This document shows positions 40,967 to 51,729 of a DNA stretch of 64,000 bases, piece after piece. How positions within the stretch are numbered: the stretch's first letter is position 1; the number at the start of each line of letters is the position of its first letter. The translations under genes and the position numbers were made by a program. Origin of the DNA: a virus; the IMG/VR virus record IMGVR_UViG_3300033149_004116, positions 1 to 64,000 of that record; one strand, 5' to 3'. Under the pieces are notes generated by a model. The model made no database searches, had not been told where the DNA came from, and saw only the letters and a list, made by a program, of their open reading frames with translations.

Positions 40967-41669
40967 AAGTTGGAGTAGTTTAATTAAAGGACTTAATAGC
41001 CAATATTGTGGAAAAAAAGCTGAAAATGATGTACCAGCGCCTTTTAAATGTAAAAAATCTAGGAGTATATTTTATGCAATAATGAGGAAAAATGGGTGGG
41101 ATGAAACAAAACGTCGTCCCACATCATCGAAAAATGATGATGACAATTTAATTGTAAAATCAAAAGATTTATTAGACACAAAATATGATTTACAATATGA
41201 TGATAGTAAAATGAGCGATGTGGACATGGGCAGATTAACCTATAAAGCCAGACAGAAACTTAAATCCTCTGAGTTCTGTGATCCAGAGAATAAAAGATAT
41301 CCCGCACATGATGCGGCTCATGTAAGAAACGGTATCGCGAGAATCAGACAGCATCCGAATGATCCAAAATATAAGAGCATTCTCAAGTGTTTGATTAGAA
41401 GAGCTAAAAAGTTCGGTATCAAAGTTTCAGAAGATGTTAGAAAGAGCGCGCAATTTGAACCTTATCCCGATTCGGATTTCGTGCTAATAAGAGAGAACGG
41501 CGACAAATTCTTCCAGATAAGAAGAAACGGTTTGCTCGACCCTCAAATGCTCCTAGACTCCCTCAAAACCGTCGATTTCGTATGTGAATTGACAGACGAT
41601 GAGTGGAAGGAAGCAAAAACAAAACTAATGGATACTGCTCGCCAATACATAGAAGTAATGTATGGGTGA
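40953..41669 (+). CDS. Head-associated protein (DUF6582-like domain)
   Basis: ARQKLKSSEF..PENKRYPAHDAAHVRNGIAR. Confidence 0.55.
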   Translation: MPIHKSWSSLIKGLNSQYCGKKAENDVPAPFKCKKSRSIFYAIMRKNGWDETKRRPTSSKNDDDNLIVKSKDLLDTKYDLQYDDSKMSDVDMGRLTYKARQKLKSSEFCDPENKRYPAHDAAHVRNGIARIRQHPNDPKYKSILKCLIRRAKKFGIKVSEDVRKSAQFEPYPDSDFVLIRENGDKFFQIRRNGLLDPQMLLDSLKTVDFVCELTDDEWKEAKTKLMDTARQYIEVMYG

Positions 41670-41674
41670 TTATT

Positions 41675-42940
41675 ATGAATCTTGAACTGTATTCCTATGG
41701 AGCCACAATTGAACTCTCTCAAGAAGAGAAGGAGAAAAACGATCTTCCTCTAATGATTGGCGGAACGTCTGTAAAGGCTGGATATATTGCTTCTAAAAAT
41801 TTTATAATTCCAGAAAATGAATTGGATAATATCGCAAAGACTTTAAAAGAGGGGATAGATGGTGATGGAGCATATCTTTTAATAGATCATGGATATCAAG
41901 GAGCGGGCTTCTTGACATTTAAAAGTGTAGAAAAACTTGTCGGGAAAATTACAGATGCCTTTAAAACCGATAATGAAGTAAAATACGTTGCGAGAGTGGA
42001 AGATGAAGATTTGGCAAAGAAGATAAGAAGGGGATTGATCTCCAGTTCCTCTGTAGGATTGAGAGTTTTAGATGCTTACTGTAGCATTTGCGGGAGAAAA
42101 TATGGAGATCCAGAATGCTCACACATCTTGGGGAGAGAATATCCCGAAGAGAAATTAGACGAATCTGTATCACAATATCTTGATGATATGGGAGGAGTTC
42201 CCAAAGCCGCCCTCGTCGGTTCCAATATTTCTGGGATGGAACAGAGCATAGTATTATATCCCGCAATCAAGGGGGCAACAGCCAAGGCATTTGGTGCTGA
42301 TTTTAGTGAGGAGACTAAAAAAATGATTGATGAAATTGAATCGAGGAAAAAAACAGATGAAAATACAGACACCAATCTCGATGCTACCGATTTAATTGAA
42401 AAAATAGAAGAAAGACTTCCCAACGATTTAGAATACAATTGTGATGAGGATATTGATGAAAAAGAGTTGGATTCAACGGAATTTATAGGAAAGTTATCCA
42501 AAATAATAGAAAGTTTTAATAAGGACTTATTATCCTCTTTAAATAGTGAACAACATATGGATGTGGATAATGATAAACTTGAAGAGATGACGGCATTAAT
42601 GGAACAGTTAAAAACAGAAAACGAGAACATAAAAAATGAACTGGAAACGGCAAAACAGGTAATTGCAAAATACAAAGAGGAGGAGGAAAAGAGACATCAG
42701 AAGTGGAGAGAGAACACCGTTTCTGAACTCGCTTCTCTCAGAAAGGAGAAGGGGCTTCCAGAGAAAGATTATTCAAATCTTTCGGATGACGTTTTAACAA
42801 ACGAACTCGAACTTCTGAGCAATTTGAGTATCAGTGGAACTCATGGAATGGTGGGCAAGGACGCAGATGAAATTGCCAAAGAGGAAAAAGAGAAGGAGAA
42901 GGAACTTTGGAGAGAGAGGATATTTGGGAGGAAAAGGTGA
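41675..42940 (+). CDS. Prohead protease fused to an acidic coiled-coil scaffold
   Basis: LIDH, SSSVG, CSICG, EQSIVLYPA, then an acidic coiled coil. GGTGA RBS precedes ATG 41675. Confidence 0.8.
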   Translation: MNLELYSYGATIELSQEEKEKNDLPLMIGGTSVKAGYIASKNFIIPENELDNIAKTLKEGIDGDGAYLLIDHGYQGAGFLTFKSVEKLVGKITDAFKTDNEVKYVARVEDEDLAKKIRRGLISSSSVGLRVLDAYCSICGRKYGDPECSHILGREYPEEKLDESVSQYLDDMGGVPKAALVGSNISGMEQSIVLYPAIKGATAKAFGADFSEETKKMIDEIESRKKTDENTDTNLDATDLIEKIEERLPNDLEYNCDEDIDEKELDSTEFIGKLSKIIESFNKDLLSSLNSEQHMDVDNDKLEEMTALMEQLKTENENIKNELETAKQVIAKYKEEEEKRHQKWRENTVSELASLRKEKGLPEKDYSNLSDDVLTNELELLSNLSISGTHGMVGKDADEIAKEEKEKEKELWRERIFGRKR

Positions 42941-42946
42941 TAAAGG

Positions 42947-43318
42947 ATGACACAGATTGAATACGGAGAAGGTAGGGTCTGGAGCTTTGAAGCTTCCGTG
43001 AACACGACCAGCGGGGTTGTGGTTTACATCGACGGCGGAAAGATTCGACCAACTACAGCAGCTTCTCAGAACGTGGTGGGCGTTTCTCTCATTCCTGCAA
43101 GCGCTGGAAAGCAGTGTGCGGTAATCATGGAGGGGATTGTGAAGATTCCCACGACTGGTGTCGGAACCGTTACCGCCGGAGACCTCTTTGGTGGAGGCGC
43201 TGGCGGAAAGGCAGCAGAGAGAGCGTGGTCACAGGATAACGAGAGACGGTATGACTTGGGCTTTGCACTTGAATCGGTAGCACGGAACGCCAGTTGTAAG
43301 ATTAAGCTAACTTTGTGA
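42947..43318 (+). CDS. Head decoration/cement protein
   Basis: Gly/Ala-rich beta pattern (VVGV...AG..CAV...G.V..GFALES) directly before the capsid gene. Confidence 0.7.
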   Translation: MTQIEYGEGRVWSFEASVNTTSGVVVYIDGGKIRPTTAASQNVVGVSLIPASAGKQCAVIMEGIVKIPTTGVGTVTAGDLFGGGAGGKAAERAWSQDNERRYDLGFALESVARNASCKIKLTL

Positions 43319-43329
43319 GGTGATATGAA

Positions 43330-44148
43330 ATGACTTTAACAACGGCTGAACAAGCCTTGATTGATGAGGTCGTTTTCGACCAGATTGTAGAATTCATGGA
43401 AGACGTGGATGTTAGCAGGCGCGTTTTCCCTGTAGTTTACAAGAACGAGGGCGATAGCATCAAAATAGTAAAAGAGGGCAGATGGCCAAAGGCAGTAGAG
43501 ATAGGACAGGGCGCGGAAGTTCCGATATTCCAACCCACATATAAACAGGTTAGTGAAATTTACAAAAAGATTGGTTACAGGGCGCAGATAACCCACGAAA
43601 TGATAGAGGATTCAAGATGGGATTTGGTCGAGCGAGCGGCTCTAAACGCGGGTCAGCAACTCGGACTGAAGATGTCCATCGACGTTCTTCGAGAGGCGTG
43701 GGGAACTGCTGGTGTCCAGACATTTACTGTATCTGGTAGATGGGGCGGAGCGAATAGCGACATTATAGGCGATCTTTCAGAATGCATGGGCAAATTGAGA
43801 AGTAAAAACTACATTCCCGATCTACTCGTACTTCATCCAGCAGATTACGCACATCTTGCAACTTTGGACGAGTTCGTTGACAGAAGTAAGGCTCCAGAGG
43901 GCAAGGATCTCAGAAGTTATGAGGTGGGGAGAGTTATGGGCATGGATGTCATAACTACCGCTCAGATGTCTGAGAACAACTTCCTCATGCTGGATACTCG
44001 ACGTGCTGGAAATCTCTATATCAGAGAAGACTTGAGACGGGCATCTTATACGGACGTTCCAAGAGATGTTGAGGGACAGGTGTTCTTCATTCGCTACAAG
44101 GAAGCTGTAGTTGCCCCCTCGGCAATAGTATTTGCAACGGGCTATTAG
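43330..44148 (+). CDS. Major capsid protein (HK97 fold)
   Basis: EIGQGAEVP, KKIG...ITHEMIEDS, PDLLVLHP, GRVMGMDV. Confidence 0.88.
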   Translation: MTLTTAEQALIDEVVFDQIVEFMEDVDVSRRVFPVVYKNEGDSIKIVKEGRWPKAVEIGQGAEVPIFQPTYKQVSEIYKKIGYRAQITHEMIEDSRWDLVERAALNAGQQLGLKMSIDVLREAWGTAGVQTFTVSGRWGGANSDIIGDLSECMGKLRSKNYIPDLLVLHPADYAHLATLDEFVDRSKAPEGKDLRSYEVGRVMGMDVITTAQMSENNFLMLDTRRAGNLYIREDLRRASYTDVPRDVEGQVFFIRYKEAVVAPSAIVFATGY

Positions 44149-44187
44149 TCTCTTCTCTTTTTTTAAATCCTTTCTTTTTTATTTTTA
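44149..44187 (+). terminator. T-rich terminator after the capsid operon
   Basis: Successive oligo-T tracts right after the stop codon. Confidence 0.55.
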
Positions 44188-44288
44188 TATTATAATATCA
44201 TACTTCTTGTAACATAGTAATATAAATAACTTCTTCATACAATTTCAAAGGATTTATTAGATAGAAGTTATTATTTTTAAATGAATCT

Positions 44289-44801
44289 ATGTCATCAATT
44301 AATAGAGTCAGATTAGAAGTTAAAGTATCTACAAAGGATGTCTTATCCAGTCTTAATGATGTCGTTAAAGGCATAAAAAGCGCGGTAGAAGATGAGACTT
44401 TGAAGTGGCTTCAGGATTTGACTGTTTATGCCCTCAATATCAAACCTTGGAAGGATAGAACTGGTATGTTGAGGGCTGGACATAGAATCGAGCAAAGAGA
44501 GGGCGGATGGCAATTGGCGGTGAATCCAGAAAATGTTGGAGCATCATATAACTACGGTCCAATTCTTGAATTTGGATGGGGGAGTTTGTCAAGAGCTTTC
44601 CCTTGGATTGGTCCAGCATATGATGCGATGGAACCTCAATTGGATGGAAGGATAAGAAGTCGGATAAATGATGTCATTAGAGGTTCGGTTATAACGACAA
44701 CTCATGTAATTAAAGGAAAAACAAGAACGGTTCGGAGATGGGGCGCTGGAACGGTAATAGGTGGAAAGAGAGTTGGCGGAAGATTTGCACCAAAAGTATA
44801 G
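44289..44801 (+). CDS. HK97 gp10-like neck protein
   Basis: PWKDRTGMLR, YGPILEFG, PWIGPA. Confidence 0.75.
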   Translation: MSSINRVRLEVKVSTKDVLSSLNDVVKGIKSAVEDETLKWLQDLTVYALNIKPWKDRTGMLRAGHRIEQREGGWQLAVNPENVGASYNYGPILEFGWGSLSRAFPWIGPAYDAMEPQLDGRIRSRINDVIRGSVITTTHVIKGKTRTVRRWGAGTVIGGKRVGGRFAPKV

Positions 44802-44844
44802 ATAAATTTATATACTTCGTTGAATAATAATGGATGGGAGATAA

Positions 44845-45318
44845 ATGCCTACGACGACGAGCGCGATGAACGCTTTTATTAATGCTCTTCGAGTGAATTG
44901 TTCTGACTATAATCGAAAGGATATAGATAATAACTCCATCGGAGCGAGAGCTTCTAAATCTTATTGGATTGCTGAAGGTTGGATAAGCGATAGATGGGAG
45001 AGTTATGGACTCCCACAAATAGGGGTATTTTCTATTGGAGGAGGGGTAATTTCTGAGGGGGATTTGGGAGAGAGATACGAGCAGCAGAGAATTCTGGTCG
45101 ATATTTTTACTTCTGGTATCAATCAGAGAAAAGATTTAACCGAACAAGTCAAAAACGCTCTCCTCCTCAAAGATCGGAGGAATAGTTTAAACGATTCTGG
45201 CGTTAAGATAGATCGCCTCCTCTCTGATATTGATATAGTCGCAGATGATATAATTCCTCAAGACGTTTATAGGAGACAACTGGTTTTTGGTATAATCTAT
45301 AAGGCAAGTGGAACTTGA
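44845..45318 (+). CDS. Putative tail terminator/completion protein
   Basis: LPQIGV...ILVDIFT...YRRQL pattern and gene position. Confidence 0.55.
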   Translation: MPTTTSAMNAFINALRVNCSDYNRKDIDNNSIGARASKSYWIAEGWISDRWESYGLPQIGVFSIGGGVISEGDLGERYEQQRILVDIFTSGINQRKDLTEQVKNALLLKDRRNSLNDSGVKIDRLLSDIDIVADDIIPQDVYRRQLVFGIIYKASGT

Positions 45319-46014
45319 ATGTCTTCTATTGATATTGGGATAGATACTAGAGAGCAACATTCAGGATTTTTTGTTGCCCAAATAATAGATGCTGGATACA
45401 GACCGAAAGTTGAAAAACTCCCCGCTGGAGATTTCATCATCTATGGAAGAGATGAGAACGATTCGACTCTAATAGAGCGGAAAGATGATAGCGATTTTCT
45501 AAGTTCGTTGGAGGGGAAAAAGAATTCAGATGGAACTTGGGAGAAAGGAAGGCTGTGGGATCAATTAAAGAGAATGAAGGAGACGGGAATTAAGGACAGA
45601 TGGGTATTAATTGAGGGCAATCCCTTCAGTAAGAGATTGTCGGCGTATAGAAGAAAGGGATTCAATAAACACAGAATATGGGGCAGTTTTATCGGAATCT
45701 CCAAGTGGGGAACGAGTATAATCATTTTAAAAAATAAACAAGAAACTGTCGATTTCATCCTCTATTTGATTAAGAAAAAGAAGAATCCAAAAAAAGAGTT
45801 TACGCTTCGATCAAGTCCCCCGAATAGTATGACTCTGCGAGAGAAGAGATTGTATTTCCTTCAAGGTCTTCCCAAAATTGGAGCGAAGGCATCGAAGGAA
45901 ATATTAAAGTATTATGGTTCAATTAGAAAATTTATAAATGGAATAGATGAACTCGACAAACTATCTGGAATTGGAGAAAAAACAAAGAGGGAAATCAAGA
46001 AAATAGTTGGATAA
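45319..46014 (+). CDS. ERCC4/XPF-family structure-specific nuclease with (HhH)2
   Basis: IDTRE, GDF, IERKDDSD, LIEG, LPKIG and LSGIG HhH motifs. Confidence 0.9.
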   Translation: MSSIDIGIDTREQHSGFFVAQIIDAGYRPKVEKLPAGDFIIYGRDENDSTLIERKDDSDFLSSLEGKKNSDGTWEKGRLWDQLKRMKETGIKDRWVLIEGNPFSKRLSAYRRKGFNKHRIWGSFIGISKWGTSIIILKNKQETVDFILYLIKKKKNPKKEFTLRSSPPNSMTLREKRLYFLQGLPKIGAKASKEILKYYGSIRKFINGIDELDKLSGIGEKTKREIKKIVG

Positions 46015-46407
46015 TCATTTATTATTTTTTAAATATTCCTTAACTGCTGGTAGCAATAGGAGTGCGGCAACTCTCTCGCCACCATTAGATTTCTTATTTT
46101 CGGTTATTTTTTTCAAACATCCCCGCAACTCTTCTCCCTCTTTCGGAGTTAAAGTATTAATTCCTTTTAAAACTTTTTGAAGCAGATAATCCCTTCGTGG
46201 GGTTTCTGGGTGTATCAATATTTTTGGAAGTTCATTTATTATAACATTCCAGATGGGATCGAGGCGATCTTCCAATTTCTGCTCAATTGTAGAAAGTCTG
46301 CGTTCTATTTTTCTAGTATTCTTGGTTACATATATGTAGAAGGTTAATCCTAAACTAACCAAGCCGATTGCGGTTCCCACATCCATCGGAATCATAATCG
46401 CGCTCAT
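46015..46407 (-). CDS. Single-TM membrane protein with coiled coil (possible egress protein)
   Basis: N-terminal TM; lies at the end of the tail operon. Confidence 0.45.
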   Translation of the reverse strand: MSAIMIPMDVGTAIGLVSLGLTFYIYVTKNTRKIERRLSTIEQKLEDRLDPIWNVIINELPKILIHPETPRRDYLLQKVLKGINTLTPKEGEELRGCLKKITENKKSNGGERVAALLLLPAVKEYLKNNK

Positions 46408-46418
46408 ATCTCCGCCAC

Positions 46419-46598
46419 CTAAATTTTACTAGCACTAACTCCAAATAGGAAGCCTACAGAGGCGTACATCAATCCTTTTGCCATTTCATCATTTTTTGTA
46501 TAAAAGGCAAATATCCAAGCGAGAAGATATCCCGCTCCAGCAATTACAATTTTTAACTTATTTTCGGTAAGCCATTCTTGAATTTTTATGAGAGACAT
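46419..46598 (-). CDS. 59-aa two-TM holin-like protein (not in the ORF track)
   Basis: Translates as MSLIKIQEWLTENKLKIVIAGAGYLLAWIFAFYTKNDEMAKGLMYASVGFLFGVSASKI. Confidence 0.55.
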   Translation of the reverse strand: MSLIKIQEWLTENKLKIVIAGAGYLLAWIFAFYTKNDEMAKGLMYASVGFLFGVSASKI

Positions 46599-46907
46599 TA
46601 CTATCTAATATTGTATTGAATAAATACCTTATTAAGTTTTTCTATTAATTTATAATTAAATTATTTAAATTTTAATCAACTTCAGTAAAGGATGTGATGT
46701 GATATAAATCTGAAAAAGTAATTTTATGGTTGTTAAGAAGAGTTAATAATTTTTGTTTTTCTGCCTTAGTTAAGTTTGGTTCGACAATTAAAGTTATTCT
46801 ATTCATAGATGAAATACCAATAGTTACTTTTTTTCCTAAAGATTTGAGATACCGTTTTATAATTTCTGTAAATGTTTTATTTTTAAATTCTATTATATTC
46901 ATATGAA

Positions 46908-48281
46908 TCACTTATACCCTAAATGTAATTCTGCAATTGTTGTTTTAGAAGCAAAAGGAGAATCTCTTGAGTCTTCTTTAGTACATACAATTTTAAGATG
47001 TTGTGCAATTATTGCTCCAACCGAGGGATAAATCCAAGAAGTCCACCACCACCAATTCCCTGTCGAAATATTAGTTTTCCAATCATTCCACTGATTTTTT
47101 TTGATATCCAACCACTGTATTTTCCATCGCCCATCTCCAATTGATCCAGTTCCTGAAACATATCTAAATCGATTCATTGCGTATGGTTTTTGTAGTTCTA
47201 TATGGATGTATTCAGATGTGTCAAAAACGACATAAGATGTTATAAGATTATCATTAATATAAGTTGGATTTTGAGCATTTCCACTTGCTACTCCAGACTG
47301 AATAGTTGTGCTTTTAATAGTCGGAGCTAGTTGAGTGGGATTATATATATAAATGCCGTAATCTTCATAGCCTCTCATTTTATCAAAATAATTTTGTAAT
47401 GTAGTTTCTTCTCTATCAATTTCTATTTCTGCTACAGTAGGCTTTTTTGTTATTTTTCTAATGGTATAACTTCCAGACATATTTAATTTTGGTTTATTTA
47501 TTGTGATAGTATCTCCAGGAGAGAACGTATAAGCATTAATGATATTAGTTTTGAGTTTGACTCCTTGTGTATCCTTATTGAGGAGATTTTTATAATATGA
47601 GGCTATTCTATTGAGAGTTGGTTGATCCATCGCCTTTCTCTCAGTAAAAGTAATTATATTTGTTCCATTTCCAGCACTCCCATAGATTAAATTTCCCCCA
47701 GCATCAATTCCTCTTACTAGAACTTTATCCCTCCTCCTAAAAGGACTAATAGTTCGTCTTGATATTAATAAGTCTGATAGTCTCCCCTGATTTGATCCTC
47801 GAATACCAATATTAAAAGAAGATCCGCCAGTTGTCCAATAATCCGAATTTAAGGTTTTTGCTAGAAATTTGGCAGCTTCAAGACAGGAAGTGTGGTCGTA
47901 ACTAACTGAAACTTTGCTTGTGGGACAAATTCCAGATCCCACTCCAGCAACTTCATCTACTATCTGATTTAAAACATAATTTCCGACGGCTCCAAAATAA
48001 TCTCCTGTATGAACCTTTTTATCCATCTTATCATAAACTTTGTTATATACTATACAATCCAAATTTGCATCATCATATCCAACTTTGCCTAAAACTCCTT
48101 GGAAAAGAGTGCTACCGCCGAACTTTATTGTTATATTTAAATCGGATGTGGCAACTATGTCTCTAAATTGAGGCGTATTGGGCAGAATAAAATTGGCTTT
48201 TTCGTCTCCATTCAATTCTTCCTGTATGTATTTGAAAGTCGCAGGAACTCTTTCATCAGATGCTATTACTTCCCAAGACAT
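46908..48281 (-). CDS. Tail tip/baseplate hub protein with C-terminal discoidin-like domain
   Basis: Follows the Dit-like gene; PGDTITI motif; Trp-rich beta-sandwich end. Confidence 0.65.
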   Translation of the reverse strand: MSWEVIASDERVPATFKYIQEELNGDEKANFILPNTPQFRDIVATSDLNITIKFGGSTLFQGVLGKVGYDDANLDCIVYNKVYDKMDKKVHTGDYFGAVGNYVLNQIVDEVAGVGSGICPTSKVSVSYDHTSCLEAAKFLAKTLNSDYWTTGGSSFNIGIRGSNQGRLSDLLISRRTISPFRRRDKVLVRGIDAGGNLIYGSAGNGTNIITFTERKAMDQPTLNRIASYYKNLLNKDTQGVKLKTNIINAYTFSPGDTITINKPKLNMSGSYTIRKITKKPTVAEIEIDREETTLQNYFDKMRGYEDYGIYIYNPTQLAPTIKSTTIQSGVASGNAQNPTYINDNLITSYVVFDTSEYIHIELQKPYAMNRFRYVSGTGSIGDGRWKIQWLDIKKNQWNDWKTNISTGNWWWWTSWIYPSVGAIIAQHLKIVCTKEDSRDSPFASKTTIAELHLGYK

Positions 48282-48282
48282 T

Positions 48283-49149
48283 TTAAATCTCCCCGAACTG
48301 TGGACTCTTATTCATCAAAGTCAATCTGTATCTGAAACTCCTTATATTTCCATCCCCCTCTTCTACTTGAAAGTCCTGTATGGCATATATTCCATCGTAT
48401 CTCGTTCCTGGAGCATTCAATTTCCATCCTTGCCCAGCGCCGAAAGCATCAAATCGGTATCCCTGTGATACTGGATTGAAATTTGATGGAGCAATTTCTA
48501 TCGATCTGATTTTGTCCCACCCAGTTGGAGTACCCGTCGTATTTGTAATATAATCGCTGTAATCTGCCGAGGAAATGGAGACAAAAGTTTGATTCCAGCC
48601 AGCACTTGAACACTGTGCATAAAATCTATATCCATTTGCTTTACTGGCATTTACCTCATTATAGAATGATACTTTGAACTTTTCGCTTCCAGTTCCTTTG
48701 ATCCACAAACTAATAAGATTTCTATCTGACAAATCTTTATTTTCCGAGAAATCTCTATATATCAATCCGTTTGCATTACTAAACTCGACATATAAACTGT
48801 CATTCAGTCTTACTACATCATCTCCAGTATTTTTACAAACCGCACCAACGCCAGCAAGTGTCCAATATGTGGCTGGGGCTTCATCCAAATACAATTCATC
48901 TACAACTTGTTTTTGTTCTGCATAATCTTCTATTGGTTTACAGTAAGATTTATAAATTGTTGAGAGAGAATCGTTCCCCTCAAAAAATTCCCCTTCCAGA
49001 GATAAAATCTTCGTATCAGTACCTAGAGACATTAGCATAGGTCCTTCAAAAAATTGAGGAACCTTCAAAATAGATGTATTCATTTTATATATGATTCTTC
49101 TAGGTGCCTTGGGCAGGGAAATTTTTCCGAATGTCCACCCACTAGCCAT
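48283..49149 (-). CDS. Distal tail-like protein with inserted carbohydrate-binding module
   Basis: Follows the tape measure gene; DLSDRNLISLWIKG...GWNQ CBM-like insert. Confidence 0.6.
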   Translation of the reverse strand: MASGWTFGKISLPKAPRRIIYKMNTSILKVPQFFEGPMLMSLGTDTKILSLEGEFFEGNDSLSTIYKSYCKPIEDYAEQKQVVDELYLDEAPATYWTLAGVGAVCKNTGDDVVRLNDSLYVEFSNANGLIYRDFSENKDLSDRNLISLWIKGTGSEKFKVSFYNEVNASKANGYRFYAQCSSAGWNQTFVSISSADYSDYITNTTGTPTGWDKIRSIEIAPSNFNPVSQGYRFDAFGAGQGWKLNAPGTRYDGIYAIQDFQVEEGDGNIRSFRYRLTLMNKSPQFGEI

Positions 49150-51540
49150 CTATCCCACCACCACCAATCCTTCTATTTTATCTGCCAACTTTCTACTTAT
49201 TTCATCTATTGTCTCATCCAAGTCCATATTAGAGGCTAAATTCACTCCGCCCATATCAATTGTAATTGTGATGTTCTGTGATGGTCTTGGTCTTGCTCCA
49301 CCAGTAGAAACATCAATTCCGGAGGAAAATTCCTTAGCGCTTTCAGTAGCAATTTTGTATCCTTCTGCGGCAGCGATCATATTTCTCTTAATGTCGTCTC
49401 CAATACTGCTTCCATATAGTATTTTTGTTATTCTATCAATCTCGTTTTGTATTCGTATCCAATCTTCCTGAATCTGCATTAAATCGTCAAAATTCCCTTG
49501 GCAGGTGTTCATTTCTTCGTCAAGCTTTTTTAATTCCTCTCGCAATCTTGCCAATTTTTTTTTCAATTCCTCTTTATATATTAAATCTGAAACATCTACA
49601 GTACCGCCAATTCCTGATTGCATCTCATCTAAAACATCTTCTAATTCGCTTGTTTCATCCACAATTTCATCCACTCCTGTATCTTCACCCCCTGTCCATT
49701 TCTTAATTTTATTCCATATACCTTTTACATAATCTTTCAATCCACTCCATACTTTGTCCCAATTTATATCACTAAGCCAATCCTTTAAGGGATTTTCTTT
49801 GTCTCCATAAGACCAAGCTATCATATTTGGGAAAAAATCGCTTGCCCAGTCTTGCATGGGAGCTTGTGTTTCCCCCCAATCTATATCATCCAATAAATCT
49901 TCCATCGGCGCATTATTTCCCTCTTTCGCCCACGTTACAATATTATCATAAATATTACTTGCCCATTCTTTGATAGCATCGCTCCAATCTTCTAAGAATC
50001 CCCCACTATATGCCAGAGGATGGAAAAATCTGTCCATGTTTGCCCAAGCTCTCGCTGTAACTTCTATATCATATTCGTCAAAAAGTTTCTGAATATCTTT
50101 TAATATTGCTTCTTGAGTCTTCAATAATGTTACTCGCTTAGTTTCAGGAATATTGCTCTTATTTAATTCTCTTGTAACATTTCTATATTGTTCTCTTAAT
50201 TTCGCAAGTTTGTTTTCTATAATAGGAATATCCCATGCTGGTATCACTTTCCACATATCTTCAAATATTTTTTCAGTTAATTTGCCCCAATCGATTTCAT
50301 CAATACCTTCTATCGCCCATTCAAATATTTTCCCACCTAAATTTACAGAATAAGATTCGAGAGAACTCCACACTTCATCCCAATCAATTAAATCAAGTTC
50401 TTTTTTCATTTCGTCGGCAAAGGATGCCATTTCTAAATCCAATCCCTCTAATCCTCTCAATTCGTCCCCCAAACCACTTCTTTTCAATATGGAACTCATT
50501 ATAGCGAAACCTACTATTACCGTTGCAAGAAGGGCTAAAATGCCCAAGCCCCCGCTCAAGGTTCCCAATATACTTACTAATCCGCCTATCAATCCAATAA
50601 CTGCCTGAATTGGAACGCTAATGAAATAGAAGCCAAATCCTACTGCTACGAGGAGGGGAGAAAGTGCCATCATTATTCCAGCAAACTTTGCCATCATCGG
50701 AAGGAACGGTCGCATAACTTTGAAAATTTTCAAGATCAGGGGAATGGCGAATTTGAACCCCTTGACGATACTAGTCATAATAAGGGGTCCCACCTCTTTG
50801 ATTAAATCTATAAATTTGGGTAGAACACTATCAATCATATCCTTTAAAATTTTGACCACTCTTCCACTATTAACTTGCCAGACCTCATAAAGCGCCTTAA
50901 TTAAATCGAGAAGTGCTTTCGTCATCATAGGCAGAATGTCCGCCCCAATATTTGCCGTTAATGCTGACAATTGAGCGAATACGCCCTGAACCATCATTCC
51001 AACTCGCGGAAGAGCAGACATGGCATTTATCATCATATTCTGCCCCTCGGCAGTTAGCATTCCCTGTGCTGCCAACATCCCCATGCCCGTTCCTATTTGT
51101 TTGATAGTTCTTTGCCAATTCTGAAATAAAGAAATGGCGTTTCTAAGAGGTTTTGTAAGATATCTGCTCATTATTCTTCCTATTATCACAAGCCTGAAGC
51201 CGAACCATGTAAGTTGTCTTCCAATACTGCTTATTCTCCTTAAGAAAGGAACGTCTCTAGTTCCTAAATGCTCTTTTTGCCAATCCCTAGCCTTCTTGGC
51301 AAACTCTGCCGTTTTCCTTGAAAAAAGAGCTAAACGTTTAAAACGACCCACTTCTCCTCTTAAAGTTACACCCGTAATTCGACCTTTTCCTTTGATTGGT
51401 ATATATGTTTTACTTCTAAAGACTTTTTCTGTATCTGTTAAAAACGTTTTAATAAAATTGCCCGCCTCTTTAATACTTCCCTTTAATCCTTCAATATTTC
51501 CTTTAATATTTATTATTATATCTTTAACATTAGCACTCAT
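49150..51540 (-). CDS. Tail tape measure protein
   Basis: 796 aa, helical, hydrophobic stretch, IDW/INW repeats, ITITI near the C-terminus. Confidence 0.85.
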   Translation of the reverse strand: MSANVKDIIINIKGNIEGLKGSIKEAGNFIKTFLTDTEKVFRSKTYIPIKGKGRITGVTLRGEVGRFKRLALFSRKTAEFAKKARDWQKEHLGTRDVPFLRRISSIGRQLTWFGFRLVIIGRIMSRYLTKPLRNAISLFQNWQRTIKQIGTGMGMLAAQGMLTAEGQNMMINAMSALPRVGMMVQGVFAQLSALTANIGADILPMMTKALLDLIKALYEVWQVNSGRVVKILKDMIDSVLPKFIDLIKEVGPLIMTSIVKGFKFAIPLILKIFKVMRPFLPMMAKFAGIMMALSPLLVAVGFGFYFISVPIQAVIGLIGGLVSILGTLSGGLGILALLATVIVGFAIMSSILKRSGLGDELRGLEGLDLEMASFADEMKKELDLIDWDEVWSSLESYSVNLGGKIFEWAIEGIDEIDWGKLTEKIFEDMWKVIPAWDIPIIENKLAKLREQYRNVTRELNKSNIPETKRVTLLKTQEAILKDIQKLFDEYDIEVTARAWANMDRFFHPLAYSGGFLEDWSDAIKEWASNIYDNIVTWAKEGNNAPMEDLLDDIDWGETQAPMQDWASDFFPNMIAWSYGDKENPLKDWLSDINWDKVWSGLKDYVKGIWNKIKKWTGGEDTGVDEIVDETSELEDVLDEMQSGIGGTVDVSDLIYKEELKKKLARLREELKKLDEEMNTCQGNFDDLMQIQEDWIRIQNEIDRITKILYGSSIGDDIKRNMIAAAEGYKIATESAKEFSSGIDVSTGGARPRPSQNITITIDMGGVNLASNMDLDETIDEISRKLADKIEGLVVVG

Positions 51541-51729
51541 CTTCTCATCCTCGCCTTCCTCTCAGCCCTTTTTGCCATTCTCTCCTCCTCCTTCGCCTTG
51601 ATATTTCGAGCCAGTATGTAGGCATATATCTGTCTTCTCGTCATCTGGGAAATGGGTCTTCCATCTAAGGAATGCCCCTCCAACATCAAGATGGTATAGG
51701 GCATTCCCATATCACTGCGCAAGAAAGGA
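51537..51729 (-). CDS. Tail assembly chaperone extension (gpT-like), reached by +1 frameshift
   Basis: Overlaps the chaperone end in the +1 frame at TCC-TTT-CTT; PISQMTRRQ motif. Confidence 0.65.
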